From an uncultured delta proteobacterium (GTDB lineage: Bacteria; Myxococcota_A; Polyangia; Fen-1088), in assembly GCA_963755125.1 (NCBI GenBank), contig CAVWIP010000008.1, positions 64,001 to 128,000 of the forward strand: a DNA stretch of 64,000 bases, read 5' to 3'. Shown here piece after piece: positions 1-10,176 of the stretch. The notes beneath the pieces were generated by a model. That model was given only the letters and a program-made list of their open reading frames with translations. It did no database searches and was not told the DNA's origin. Position 1 is the stretch's first letter, and every line of letters starts with the position of its first letter. The position numbers and the translations under genes were made by a program.

Positions 1-127
1 CGACGTGATGGCGCACCGACCGGCTGTCTTGGTCGGGCCCGGAAAACGGCTGCACCGCCACGCGCGGAGCGGCCCAGGCCAGATGGGTCGCGAGACAGAC
101 CATGGCGGCTGGCAAGAGACGCAGCAT
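1..127 (-). CDS. 5' end of a probable secreted protein (runs off window start)
   Basis: Manual translation from ATG at 127 gives MLRLLPAAMVCLATHLAWAAPRVAVQPFSGPDQDS..., a signal-peptide-like N-terminus, open to base 1; absent from ORF track because no stop is in the window. Confidence 0.5.
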   Translation of the reverse strand, partial: MLRLLPAAMVCLATHLAWAAPRVAVQPFSGPDQDSRSVRHHV

Positions 128-250
128 GGCGCCTATGGTCGCCCAGGTTGGGGGTGGAAAGCAATTCCGGCGGCGGTAAGATTGGCCCGAAAGATGCTGT
201 AGCAAAGGCTCATGTTCGGGTCGATCTTCCACACGCATCGGGGGTTCACC

Positions 251-670
251 ATGAAAACCATTCGCCGCATCGCCTTCGTTCTGTTGGTTGCCGTGATGCC
301 GGCCTGTGCCACGACGACCACCACTTCCTCCGAATGGGGCCAAGGCCCGGAATGGGTACGCTACGGCACCGTCACCAATGTTCGCGAGGTCATCCAGCGT
401 CGCGAGGGCAACCCTGCGGGCGGCGCTCTCGCGGGAGCTATCATCGGCGGGATCCTGGGCGGTGGACGCGGCCCTGGCGCCCTGTTTGGCGCGGCGGGCG
501 GCGCAGCGGTGGGCGCGGCAGCAAGCTCAGGCTCGTCTGAGCGAGTGAGCTACGAGGTGTGGGTCCGCTTCCAGGACGGCGGCTACCAGGCCTTCGTGTA
601 CGCCGGGCCTCCGCCCTTCCGCCCCGGCGATCCCGTGGCGCTCACGCCACACGGGCTGTACCACGCGTGA
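251..670 (+). CDS. Glycine-zipper 2TM outer-membrane lipoprotein (SlyB/Pcp-like)
   Basis: MKTIRR..VAVMPAC lipobox; GGALAGAIIGGILGG..GAAGGAAVGAAA glycine zipper; C-terminal YEVWVRFQDG..FRPGDPV. Confidence 0.8.
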   Translation: MKTIRRIAFVLLVAVMPACATTTTTSSEWGQGPEWVRYGTVTNVREVIQRREGNPAGGALAGAIIGGILGGGRGPGALFGAAGGAAVGAAASSGSSERVSYEVWVRFQDGGYQAFVYAGPPPFRPGDPVALTPHGLYHA

Positions 671-679
671 AGAAAAGTC

Positions 680-749
680 ACGGCCCACGATCCAGCGATG
701 GCCACAATCGGTCGTGGCCGTAGACGTAGACGTGGTCGTGGCCGTGGCC
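680..749. repeat. Imperfect inverted repeat plus G(T/C/A)CGT(G/A) hexamer run between convergent genes
   Basis: acggcccacgat (680-691) roughly complements gtcgtggccgt (711-721); gtcgtg gccgta gacgta gacgtg gtcgtg gccgtg at 711-746. Confidence 0.45.
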
Positions 750-757
750 AACGGCGA

Positions 758-826
758 TTACGCCTGCGGCTCTTCCTCGACCAGCTTGATCTCGTCGTCG
801 GTCAGGCCATACAGGCCGTAGACGAG
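758..826 (-). pseudogene. C-terminal relic of a type IIG / Eco57I-like restriction-modification enzyme
   Basis: Minus strand reads LVYGLYGLTDDEIKLVEEEPQA-stop, resembling the typical IDxLVYxLYGLTxEEIxxVE tail; no start codon, out of frame with the upstream methyltransferase. Confidence 0.65.
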
Positions 827-854
827 ACTGCCCAGGCCTTCGGAAACTCGCGCT

Positions 855-1406
855 TCATCCGTTCCGAAGTGTCGAAAGGACGGCCTGCTCCGTCAGATAG
901 GGCACGACGCCCAACCAGGTGAAGAAGGTTTGTTGCGCCGGATCGAAGCCAGCGGCGGCCAGGCCGTCCGCCAAAATCTCTCGCTCGAAGTCGATCGGAA
1001 CGAAAGTGAGCGTGCCGGGCACCGAGATCGCCGCCTGGGCGAGCCGTTCGCGCTTCCAGGTTTGGGTCGTTGGGTGGTCCACTTCAAAGATGCGCAGGCT
1101 TTCCCCAAAAGTGGTGCGGTACGCATGCGTGTCGAGTCCCGCGCCAAGCACGACCAACTGGCAGACGCCGCGTGCGACGGCAGCCGTCAAGGTATCCTCG
1201 GCAAATCGCGTTCTTGTGGCAATGAACAGGCGCAGCTTTCGTCTCGACGGATCGTTCGCCGCATCGCGGACAGCCGTTTCGGCATCCGCTCCCGGGATGC
1301 GCACGGCCAGCGGATCTTTGAAGGTATGACCGCGCTCCAGCACCTGGTGGACGGCGCGATGGACAGCCGCCCCAAGGGCCGTACGGCTTGGCTGTCCTGG
1401 CTGCAT
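855..1406 (-). pseudogene. C-terminally truncated class I SAM-dependent methyltransferase (LCM/TIGR00027-like)
   Basis: SRTALGAAVHRA, RTRFAED, QLVVLGAGLDT, FEVDHP, FVPIDFE, WLGVVPYL motifs; stops at 183 aa, short of the usual family length. Confidence 0.75.
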
Positions 1407-1426
1407 GCTCCCCGCCCAGTGCTTCC

Positions 1427-2431
1427 CTACTTCGCGAACACACCCTTGCCTAGCGCATTCTCCCGGATGAATCGAATCGTATCGAAGATGGTGTCGCTCG
1501 CCTCGCGCGGGGCAAAGCCGAGTTCGCTGCGGGCCTTGGTGCTGTCGAAATACCAGAAGTAGCTGGCCATATCGACACTGGCCGGCTCGATCGGGCTGCT
1601 GCGGCCAGCCGCCTTGAACACGGCCGATTGCACCTTGGCCGCCAGTACCGGCCAGCGGCCGTGCGCCTTGAACCGCGGGTGGTACTCCTTGCTCGTCCGT
1701 TCGATGCGGTCGAAGTACTCGGCGAAGGTCATGTTGTGGCCACCCAGCAAGTAGCGCTCGCCGGGACGGCCCTTGTCCATGGCCACCGGAATGATGGCCG
1801 CCACGTCGCGCGCGTCGACGAAGTTGATCCCGCCCGAGGGCACGAGCTTGACGTCGCCGGCGAGAAAGGACAGCACGTCGCGCGTGGATCCCATGCGCAC
1901 ATCCCCCGGGCCGAGCAGCAAGCTCGGGTTCACCGTGACCAGCTCGATGCGGTCCCCGCAGATCAGCCGCGCCGTCTGCTCCTGATACAGCTTGCTCGCG
2001 TAGTAGGGCCAGCCGGAAATCAACTCAAGCGGCGTGGGCGAGTCCTCGTCGGGCATCTCGTCGGCTCGCTTGGAAACCGCGATGGTGCCGCTGGTGGAAA
2101 CCATCAGGATGCGCTTGACCCCGGCGTGCAGCGCGGCCTCGCACAAAAGCCGCGTGCCGTGCACGTGAATCTGGAACATGCGGTGGCCATCCGCAGGCTT
2201 GCGCGAGACGAAGCCAGCCAAATGATACACGTGGGTCACGTCCTCCAGCGCGCGCGCCACATCGGCGGGCGTCAGGATCGACCCCACCTGGACCTCGACG
2301 CCGCGGCCGGAGAACTCCGGCGCCGGAGCCACGGCTAGCAAACGGAGCTGCTTGGGCTCGAACTGCTGGCACAGCCCTTCCAGCAAAGGCGATCCCAGAA
2401 AACCCGGGGCACCGGTGACCAGAATCTTCAT
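1427..2431 (-). CDS. elbE: NAD-dependent epimerase/dehydratase, ElbE-like
   Basis: MKILVTGAPGFLG Rossmann motif, YxxxK (YYASK); ATGA overlap with the elbD stop; synteny with the Myxococcus elb cluster. Confidence 0.8.
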   Translation of the reverse strand: MKILVTGAPGFLGSPLLEGLCQQFEPKQLRLLAVAPAPEFSGRGVEVQVGSILTPADVARALEDVTHVYHLAGFVSRKPADGHRMFQIHVHGTRLLCEAALHAGVKRILMVSTSGTIAVSKRADEMPDEDSPTPLELISGWPYYASKLYQEQTARLICGDRIELVTVNPSLLLGPGDVRMGSTRDVLSFLAGDVKLVPSGGINFVDARDVAAIIPVAMDKGRPGERYLLGGHNMTFAEYFDRIERTSKEYHPRFKAHGRWPVLAAKVQSAVFKAAGRSSPIEPASVDMASYFWYFDSTKARSELGFAPREASDTIFDTIRFIRENALGKGVFAK

Positions 2432-5400
2432 GGGCGTTCCCTGCTTTGGGCGACCACCTGCGGCTCGCCGTTGTCGGCCGGTCCCAAGCGAGTCACCAGC
2501 GGCCCCAGCTTCTCGCTGTTCCACGCCGCCCGCACGCTGGCCACGTCAAAACGCGTGGTCACGCCGTCGCGCAGGTTCTCGACGATCCTTTGGGTCAAAG
2601 CCGAGCAAAGACGCCAGGACTCCTTGTCGGACAAGCCAGCAATCAGCTCACGCAGGAACTCGATGTCCAGGAAGGGCCCGAAGTGGACCTCCAGATCGCG
2701 CTTCTTGGGAATGGTGGCGCCCACGGGCAGCGACTCGTGCGTGCCGCGAATATAGGCTGGCAGGATGCCCACCTCGGCGCGCAGGGCCAGGTAGCCCAGG
2801 CTGGGCAAAAAATCCGCCATCACGCCGCCGCGCGCCCGCGTGCCTTCCGGGAACAGCATCAAACTGCGACCGCGGCGAAGCACGCCCTCGGCGATGGCCA
2901 GCGATTTGCGCACCGAACCGCTCCGCTCCATGGGAACCAGATTGGTCAGGTTGGCAAAGTAGGCGCGGCGCCAGCGATTGGAGAAAAAATAGTCGGCCGC
3001 AGCCAGCGAGGCCAGGTCGCGTCCGGCATCGCCGAGGGCCACCTTCACCGCGCCCATGTCGAGGTGCGAGGAATGGTTGGCCGCCACGATGAAGTGGGTG
3101 TGCTGCGGGATGTGGGCTTGCCCCCGCACCTTGGTCTGCAAGGCCCGCGTGTAGAAGAGTTTCTGTGCAGTCGACAGTCCGCGTTTGCCCAGACGTTGCA
3201 GCGGAGCCGGCAGCCTGAGGTCGCCTTCCTGGTGGTGCTGGAAGGTGTCGCGCCGGCGCGGCTCGCGCCTTTCCAGGGCTGGATGGTGCCGCTTGCCCGT
3301 GGCCAGGTCGTACAGCGCGGCCACATCGGCCGCACCCGTGAACACCACGCCCTCGGGCAGGTGTACGCCCGCGGCTTCCAGCGCCGCGGTCAACTCGGTG
3401 AAGGTCAAGCTGTCGAAGCCGAGCTCGTCGACGCGGCTGTGCATGCGGATCTCGTAGGGCGCCTTGCCACAGGCGTTGGCCACGATCTCCAAGAACCAGC
3501 CCATGCCTGTTTCAGAGGCATGCGCCTCCTGGTTCTGCTGGCTGTCGCTCTTGCTCTTCTGGTGACGGCGGAGCAGCTCGTCGGCCACTTCGCGCCGCTT
3601 GATCTTGCGCGAGCTGGTGCGCGGCAGTTCCCCTTCCCAGAATTCCAGCGTGCGCACGCGCTTCCAGAAAGGCAATCCGGTGGCCACCTCACGAAAGTGC
3701 GCCTCGATCTTGGCCTGCACCTCGACCCGCGCTAGCCCCGGCTCGTGATCCAGGTTGGGCACCACCGCGCAGGCTACGTGCTCGGCCACGCCGTCGGGCA
3801 GACCGACCACCGACAGCTCCTTGATGAAGGGGCAGTTGCGGTAGAGATCCTCGACCTCGTCGGGATAGACGTTCTTGCCGTTGGTGTCGATGATGACGTC
3901 CTTGGAGCGGCCCACGATGAAGAGGTTCCCCTCCTCGTCGAATCTGCCCAAATCGCCGGTGTAGAACCAACCGTCGCGAATGGCTTGCGCCGTCGCCTCG
4001 GGGTTTTCCCAGTATCCAGCCATCACGTTGCGACCGCGCGCGATCACCTCGCCCACACCCGAGGCATCGGGGCTGTCGATCTTGACCTCGACGCCGGGCA
4101 GCGGCTGGCCCACCGACCCGAGCACCGGCTTCTTCTTGGGCGTGGTGACCGAGAGCACGGGCGCGGTCTCGGTCAGGCCGTAGCCCTCGAAAAAATCGAA
4201 GCCCATACCGTAGAAGGTCTTGAGCACCTCCGGTGGCAACGACGAACCGCCGCTGATCATGTAGCGTACGCGCCCGCCGAAGCCTTTGTGGATGGGGAAG
4301 AACACGAACATGCCCAGATCGATCCCGGTGCGCGAGCGTAGCTCGAAATTGGCCCGCGTCAGCGCGTTGACCAGGGATTCCGCCAGCGCAGAGCGATCGG
4401 AGAACTTCTGCAAAACCCGTCGGCGCAGCGCCTCCCACACCGCAGGCACGCCCACGATGGCGGTGATCTTGCCGGTCTTGAGCACGGCATTGATGGCGTC
4501 GCCAGTCAGCTCTTGCAAGTAGGTAATGCGCGCCCCGCGCGCGAGCGGGACCAGAAGCCCGGTCGAAAACTCGAAGGTGTGGTGCAAAGGCAGCACGGAG
4601 AGCATGCCGTCGGTGGGCCCCAGGTCGAAGGTGCGCAGAAGCTCGGACACCATGAAGGTGAAATTCCGATGGGTCAGCATCACGCCTTTAGGGTGCCCGG
4701 TGGTGCCCGAGGTGAAGATGAGCGAAGCCACGGTATCGGGTCCGTGCTTGCTGTGCAACGCGCGCTTGCGCTCGTCTTCGACGGCCAGCGGCTGCAGCGC
4801 GAACACCGTCTCGAAGGGCCACAGGCGCGTGGCTAGGCCTTCCTTGGAAAGAGCGGATGGAAGATCGGGACGTTTGTCCAGCAGATCGTCGCCGGCAATC
4901 ACCCCCACCGCGCCCGACGCGCGCGCGATGTTCACCAGTTCGGCCGTGGTCGAATCGTGCGCGACCGGCACCACCGTTGCGCCCGCCTTGAGCACGCCGA
5001 AGAACGCCATGGACCACTCGGGCGCGTTCTTGGCGTAGAGGATCACACGATCGCCGAGTCGAACATTTTCGCCCACCAAGAACGTGCCGGCGCGGGTGGC
5101 CAGTTCCTGCAGGTTCTCGTAGCTGTACGATTCCTGCCGCTTGCCGCGTTCCATGCGCAAGGCCACGCGCGTGGCGTGCAGCTTGGTGGTGGTGTCGAAC
5201 AGCTCCAGCAGGTCGTGGTAGGCGTACACGCTCTTGGGCTTGGCCGCGTAGGTCTCGTCCAACTCGGGCAAGACCCACTTCTGCAGCCCGGGGAAGTGGA
5301 TGTTCAGGAAGTAGTCGTACCAGTCGATGGTCTCAGGCGACCAGGGCAGAAGCGCGCGTTCCTCAGCGGGCAGCCGGTCGCGCAGGGCGCGGATGTGATC

Positions 5401-6918
5401 GGAACGCAGGACGTAGGCGTTGTCCAGAATGAAGGGGCGAAACAGATCGATGTTCTCGCCCGCCTCCTTGGTGACTCGCTGGACCTCGTCGACCTTCTTC
5501 TTCACCCGGTCGACCAGATCTCCGAAACGGCCGCCAGCCCAGCGCGGTCGCACGCGGTCCAGTGTCTCGGAGGCGCGCTCGGCCAGGCGGTTGACCAGGG
5601 GTAGCGACTTCTTGTCGTATTCCTCATACGTCACCGGCCGGAACTCCATGCGCGCGGCCAACTGGTTGAGGAACCTGTTGCCCACTTCCTTGTCCTGGAA
5701 GCGCTTGCGCTTGTACAGCCCGGTCAGCGTGGTCACCCGCCCGATGTACGAGGGGTTGAGATCGCCGGCGGCCAACTGGTGCACCAGCTCCGGCTCCTCC
5801 ACGCAGGCCTGCGCCGCCACCATCAACATGGCGGCCGCGATGTAGTCGACCGGCACCACGTCGAGGATGAGCGACTCGGACACCGGCAGCAGGTTCTGTC
5901 CCTTGAGCGCCAGGTACACCAGCGGCGCCGAGGTGGTGAACCCCTCGTTCCAGCCGCGGAACGGGTATTCCAGCGAGCTCTCCACGATGGCCGGCCGAAC
6001 TATCGAACGCGCGATGCCCGTCTCGCGCGCCACCAGTTGGTCGCCCATGCTCTTGGTGTAGGTGTAGATGTTGGGCCAGCCCCAATCCTTTGCGCGGGCG
6101 ACCCCTCGCTGGGTGAGCTCGGCGCGCACCCAGTCCTTGCGCTCGCGCGCCACGGCCAGTTTGAGCGCGGCCTCGTCGTCGGGATCGCGGTGCTGCTCCA
6201 GCAGCGTCTCGCGCGCGTGCTGGCGCAAGCGCGCGAGCACCTGCGCATCGTCGGCCTGGGCCCGCACCTCGGCCGCAATGCGACCGCAATCAGCGATCTC
6301 TTGCTCGACCGAGAAGCGCGTTCCCGTCAGTTCCTCGCGGCGCGGGAAATAACCGTCGAGCGGCTCGCTCTCCCACACGTTGCCGCTGCGGTTGCCGGCC
6401 ACGAAGCAGGTGCTGGTGTGAATCAGCGCCGGCCGCCGCATGCGCTTGACGAAGGCGATCACATTCTTGGTTCCCTGCACGTTGGTGCGCAGGGCCGATT
6501 CCAGCGGCGGGTTGAAGGTCACTTTGCCCGAACAGTTGATGACCACGCTGATATCGGCCGCCACCTGCGCCGCCTGCTCATCGGACAGACCCAGGTTGTC
6601 CTCGGTGATGTCGCCATCGATCACGCGAATCTTCTGAGCCAAGAACTCGTGCAGACGGTCCGCACCGCCGAACTTCTCGCGCAGGGGATCGAAGGTTCGC
6701 GAGGGCACCACATTGTCCCAGAAACGCTTCTCGCTGGAGGTGCCGCTTCCCCGCCGCACCATCACGTACACCCGGCCGATGTCTGCAAAGCGATGGAGCA
6801 ACATGCTCAGCAGCACTTTGCCGAGGAAGCCGGTGCTTCCCAGGATGAAGACGTTTCGCCCTCGGTAGATCTCGCTCGGCGAGAGCACGGACTTGGTCTT
6901 GCCCACAGGCGAATTCAT
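2428..6918 (-). CDS. elbD: Multifunctional ether-lipid biosynthesis enzyme (fatty acyl reductase + acyl-CoA ligase + ACP + PlsC acyltransferase)
   Basis: GSTGFLGK and YTYTK (FAR); FTSGTTGHPKG and GYGLTE (AMP-binding); LGFDSL (ACP); NHSSHLD and FPEGTR (acyltransferase); 1496 aa; same architecture as M. xanthus ElbD. Confidence 0.9.
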   Translation of the reverse strand: MNSPVGKTKSVLSPSEIYRGRNVFILGSTGFLGKVLLSMLLHRFADIGRVYVMVRRGSGTSSEKRFWDNVVPSRTFDPLREKFGGADRLHEFLAQKIRVIDGDITEDNLGLSDEQAAQVAADISVVINCSGKVTFNPPLESALRTNVQGTKNVIAFVKRMRRPALIHTSTCFVAGNRSGNVWESEPLDGYFPRREELTGTRFSVEQEIADCGRIAAEVRAQADDAQVLARLRQHARETLLEQHRDPDDEAALKLAVARERKDWVRAELTQRGVARAKDWGWPNIYTYTKSMGDQLVARETGIARSIVRPAIVESSLEYPFRGWNEGFTTSAPLVYLALKGQNLLPVSESLILDVVPVDYIAAAMLMVAAQACVEEPELVHQLAAGDLNPSYIGRVTTLTGLYKRKRFQDKEVGNRFLNQLAARMEFRPVTYEEYDKKSLPLVNRLAERASETLDRVRPRWAGGRFGDLVDRVKKKVDEVQRVTKEAGENIDLFRPFILDNAYVLRSDHIRALRDRLPAEERALLPWSPETIDWYDYFLNIHFPGLQKWVLPELDETYAAKPKSVYAYHDLLELFDTTTKLHATRVALRMERGKRQESYSYENLQELATRAGTFLVGENVRLGDRVILYAKNAPEWSMAFFGVLKAGATVVPVAHDSTTAELVNIARASGAVGVIAGDDLLDKRPDLPSALSKEGLATRLWPFETVFALQPLAVEDERKRALHSKHGPDTVASLIFTSGTTGHPKGVMLTHRNFTFMVSELLRTFDLGPTDGMLSVLPLHHTFEFSTGLLVPLARGARITYLQELTGDAINAVLKTGKITAIVGVPAVWEALRRRVLQKFSDRSALAESLVNALTRANFELRSRTGIDLGMFVFFPIHKGFGGRVRYMISGGSSLPPEVLKTFYGMGFDFFEGYGLTETAPVLSVTTPKKKPVLGSVGQPLPGVEVKIDSPDASGVGEVIARGRNVMAGYWENPEATAQAIRDGWFYTGDLGRFDEEGNLFIVGRSKDVIIDTNGKNVYPDEVEDLYRNCPFIKELSVVGLPDGVAEHVACAVVPNLDHEPGLARVEVQAKIEAHFREVATGLPFWKRVRTLEFWEGELPRTSSRKIKRREVADELLRRHQKSKSDSQQNQEAHASETGMGWFLEIVANACGKAPYEIRMHSRVDELGFDSLTFTELTAALEAAGVHLPEGVVFTGAADVAALYDLATGKRHHPALERREPRRRDTFQHHQEGDLRLPAPLQRLGKRGLSTAQKLFYTRALQTKVRGQAHIPQHTHFIVAANHSSHLDMGAVKVALGDAGRDLASLAAADYFFSNRWRRAYFANLTNLVPMERSGSVRKSLAIAEGVLRRGRSLMLFPEGTRARGGVMADFLPSLGYLALRAEVGILPAYIRGTHESLPVGATIPKKRDLEVHFGPFLDIEFLRELIAGLSDKESWRLCSALTQRIVENLRDGVTTRFDVASVRAAWNSEKLGPLVTRLGPADNGEPQVVAQSRERP

Positions 6919-6928
6919 CGGCGTGCGG

Positions 6929-8554
6929 CTACTCCACGTCGGCCATCACGATGGGTGGCCATTTCATCATGGTGATCGATGCCGACGGACCCACGAAGGA
7001 TCGCGCCATGGCAATGGCTTCGGTCAGCGATTCGGAGCGATCCCAGCCCATGATGGCAGGCACGTGCGCGTTCTTGGCGCCGGCCAGAATCACTTTGCCC
7101 GCGTGCTGGCGGCCGTTCTCGCCCCAGTACCACATGAAGAACGGGTGCGCACCGTGGTAGGCGTTGCCCCGCCGGTACATCTCGATGTAGCTCGGGTTGC
7201 GGGCGAATTCCTCTTCGTACTTGTGCTGCAACGTCGTCGCATCGCGCGTCTCGGGCAGCAGGCGGTGGAAGAACTCGATGTAGCTGGGATGGAAGGCGTG
7301 GTCGAATTCGTCGTAGCCCGGGTGACACAGGATCAGCGCCCCGCCCTTGCGCAAGACAGGCTTGCCTCGGTAGAAATTGTGGAAATAACCCAGCCCCATG
7401 ACCTGCAACAGGATGGGGTTGAGGATCGAATTTATGTTGTAGGGCGAGACATAGGGAATGGGGAAGATGACGATGTCGCTCTGCCCTTTCACCTTGACCA
7501 TGTACTGCTCGAAACCCTTGGCCACGATACGCTCGTGCACGGGATCGGCCTTGCCGGCGTGGCACGCGATCATCTGATAGGGTGACGGGATCTGCTCGAA
7601 CATCTTGCGCCGGGCAGTCTCGGGCAGCTTGGCCAGGGTCCAGCGCAATCCCTCGAACTTCAGGCGGTCGACCTCGCTGAACTCGTCCTCGTTCTCGCCC
7701 AAGAACTTGGTCGGGTTGGCGAACATCCGGTTGTTGATGGTGGTCTCGATGTGAAACACGTTCATGTGCTGGTCCACCAGGCGTCCCTGCCGGACGATTT
7801 TGGTGTTGAGCATGGAACGCGCCGGATCCATGTAACCGTCGCAAGCCAGGATGGTGTCCGGGCTGTGGTGCACGCGCACGCTCTCGTAGTCGCACAGGCC
7901 GACCGCCACCGACTTGTGCCCGCCATCCATGGGCACCAGGTTGATGTTCACATAGATGACCAGATCGCTTTCCACCGCGCGCCGGTTGATGTTGACCGGC
8001 TCGTTGTGGTCGGTCTTGCCCAGGGGAACCATGCCATCGGGATCTTCCGCGTCGTGGTTGTACAGGCGGTCAGGATGGAAGGCGTCGAAGATCTTCTTGC
8101 CCACCATGCGCTTGATCTCGGCATCGGTCATGCGCCGGTGCAGCGAGTTGGCCACGATTATGTGCACATCGTCCACGCCGTTGGCGTCGAGCAGATCGAG
8201 CACGATCTCCAGCACGATCTGCCGGATGTCGGGCGTGGTCATGGGCGGAAGCGGCAGACTGATGTCGTCCACCGCGATGGTCACGCGCATGCCAGGCGAA
8301 AGCTGGGCGTAGAGCGGATCGCTGTCGAGCGGATGGTTGAGCGCGTAGCGCACGGCTGCGCCCGGGTTGGCCAGGCCCTCGATGGGCGGCTTGGCGTAGA
8401 CCACGCGGGTGCCGATGGGCAAATCTTCGCTGAGCAGCTCGGTCCCCGAAAACACGATCCGCGGCGCGGAGTTGCTATCGATGTAGACGACCTGATCGTC
8501 TTCCTTGTGGCGGGGCACGGGGCCACGCAGCGGCTTGGCTTCGCGCTTGTTCAT
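6929..8554 (-). CDS. elbC: Lactate racemase (LarA/DUF2088)-domain protein, ElbC-like
   Basis: [28 protein letters not shown] motifs; sits between the HAD gene and elbD. Confidence 0.8.
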   Translation of the reverse strand: MNKREAKPLRGPVPRHKEDDQVVYIDSNSAPRIVFSGTELLSEDLPIGTRVVYAKPPIEGLANPGAAVRYALNHPLDSDPLYAQLSPGMRVTIAVDDISLPLPPMTTPDIRQIVLEIVLDLLDANGVDDVHIIVANSLHRRMTDAEIKRMVGKKIFDAFHPDRLYNHDAEDPDGMVPLGKTDHNEPVNINRRAVESDLVIYVNINLVPMDGGHKSVAVGLCDYESVRVHHSPDTILACDGYMDPARSMLNTKIVRQGRLVDQHMNVFHIETTINNRMFANPTKFLGENEDEFSEVDRLKFEGLRWTLAKLPETARRKMFEQIPSPYQMIACHAGKADPVHERIVAKGFEQYMVKVKGQSDIVIFPIPYVSPYNINSILNPILLQVMGLGYFHNFYRGKPVLRKGGALILCHPGYDEFDHAFHPSYIEFFHRLLPETRDATTLQHKYEEEFARNPSYIEMYRRGNAYHGAHPFFMWYWGENGRQHAGKVILAGAKNAHVPAIMGWDRSESLTEAIAMARSFVGPSASITMMKWPPIVMADVE

Positions 8555-8566
8555 CGGGGCCTCATG

Positions 8567-9229
8567 CTAACGCAGATCCAGGATGGGCCAGTCATGTTGT
8601 AAAGCGGTGTTCCTCAGGCGGAAGTCGGGGTTGACAGCGGTGGGGTGGCCCACCACCGACAGCATGGGTAGATCGCTCATGCTGTCCGAGTAGCTGTAGC
8701 ACTCGGTGAGGTTGAGTCCCTCTTTCTCGGCATAGACGCGAATCCAGCTTGCCTTGGTGGCCGCGGCCATGACCGGCGGCAAAAGGCGCCCGGTGGCCTT
8801 GCCGTCGACGAATTCCAGGTGGTTGGTGACGGCGTCGTCCAGTTCCAGGTGACGCACCAGCGGCCCTGCGGTGATATCCAGTGCGCCGGTGACCAACACC
8901 TGGCGCAACCCCAGCCTGCGCGACTTGTCGATGAGTTGGTAGGCGCCCGGGTAGATGGATGGCTGGATGACCGTGTCGAACAGTTCCTGGGCCAGATAGC
9001 GCAGGCGGTCCTCGGACTCGCCCCGGTAGCGGCGGAAAAAGATGTCGTTGAACAGCCGCCGGTTGAACATGTCGGCAGCCAGAAACAAAGGGATGCTGGC
9101 CACGGTCGACGTCATCCGCGTGACGCTCCGCCACAGACCCTGCTGGTTGCGCGCGTTGTAGGCGAAGGCATGCACCAGGTTCGTCCGACACAGGGTGCCG
9201 TCGAGGTCATAGAACGCAGCCGCTTCCAT
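8567..9229 (-). CDS. elbB: HAD-superfamily IB hydrolase, ElbB-like
   Basis: FYDLDGTL, LVTGA, YSDSMSDLPML..VNPD motifs; first gene of the elb cluster here. Confidence 0.8.
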   Translation of the reverse strand: MEAAAFYDLDGTLCRTNLVHAFAYNARNQQGLWRSVTRMTSTVASIPLFLAADMFNRRLFNDIFFRRYRGESEDRLRYLAQELFDTVIQPSIYPGAYQLIDKSRRLGLRQVLVTGALDITAGPLVRHLELDDAVTNHLEFVDGKATGRLLPPVMAAATKASWIRVYAEKEGLNLTECYSYSDSMSDLPMLSVVGHPTAVNPDFRLRNTALQHDWPILDLR

Positions 9230-9353
9230 GTTCAGAAGTGCAACCGTATATCACGACCGAGACGGTGGGCCACCATCGGCCTGAGCCACGATAGCCGCAC
9301 AAGGTCGTGTCCGGGGTGGTGGTGTCCTCTGTCGAATCGCGTAGGATGGGGCC

Positions 9354-9623
9354 ATGGTTCCCGAGCAGAGGCTGGCACAATCTGCGCGGCAGGCCGGTCT
9401 TCGGCTGCTGGTGCTCTTCGGCTCTCGCGTCCTGGGAAACATCCGCGGCCAGTCCGACTGGGACTTCGGCTAACTGGCCGGCGGGACTCTTGACGAGGAG
9501 TTGTTGCGCGAGCGCCTGATGGAAATCCTCGGGACGGACCTTGTCGATCTGGTTGACCTGTCCAATGCCAGCGCCCTGCTGAGAAACCCTGCCCAAGACG
9601 GGCTGACCGCAACCGTCCATTGA
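9354..9623 (+). pseudogene. Minimal nucleotidyltransferase (MNT/MntA-like antitoxin) pseudogene
   Basis: ATG 9354 gives MVPEQRLAQSARQAGLRLLVLFGSRVLGNIRGQSDWDFG*LAGG..VDLVDLSNASALLR..QDG; GS-x-DxD motif with an in-frame TAA at 9471-9473. Confidence 0.75.
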
Positions 9624-9710
9624 CAAGGTGGGTCGGTGGTCTTGGCAAGCTACGATCAGCGCATGGCCGAAGCGGCCCGCAAGATGGGTTTTGCGATTCA
9701 TCCTTTGTAG
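9624..9710 (+). pseudogene. C-terminal fragment of a PIN-domain (VapC) toxin
   Basis: QGGSVVLASYDQRMAEAARKMGFAIHPL-stop resembles the PIN C-terminal (T/S)xDxRLxxAAxxLG motif. Confidence 0.55.
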
Positions 9711-9750
9711 AGGTGGCGAAGAACCGCGTATCTGCCTACTCGTCTCCAGC

Positions 9751-10176
9751 TTATCGAGTTCTCGGCGCGAACGGGTCGAGTACGTCAATGCCGGTACCGA
9801 TGACATCCTTCACGTTGCGCGTGACGAGCGTCAGGTCGTGTACTTGTGCCGTTGCGGCCAGCAACCCGTCGACGACCGGCAAGCTCCCCCGAGCATCGAG
9901 CCTTCCCCACTCGTCTGCGGTCGCGGCATCCACCGGCAGCACGCGATCGGAATGCGCCTGCATCAGGTTGTCGAGCCAGCGTTCGAGTGCGGGGGCGGCA
10001 CGGGGATCGCGCTGCCGGATTGCCTCGATCCCGCGGCGAATCTCACCCGCGACAAGGACGCTCAAGAAGATCAAGTTCTCGTCGACGCTTGCGAACCAGC
10101 GCTGAATATTCACATTGGCGCGCATCCCCTTGCGTAGTTCCGAGAGCACGTTTGTATCGAGCAGGAAGCCTTTCAC
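9751..10176 (-). CDS. vapC: Type II toxin, VapC/FitB PIN-domain ribonuclease
   Basis: LLDTNVLSELRK, GEIRRGIE, DGLLAATA, LVTRNVKD; GTGA overlap with the antitoxin. Confidence 0.9.
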   Translation of the reverse strand: MKGFLLDTNVLSELRKGMRANVNIQRWFASVDENLIFLSVLVAGEIRRGIEAIRQRDPRAAPALERWLDNLMQAHSDRVLPVDAATADEWGRLDARGSLPVVDGLLAATAQVHDLTLVTRNVKDVIGTGIDVLDPFAPRTR

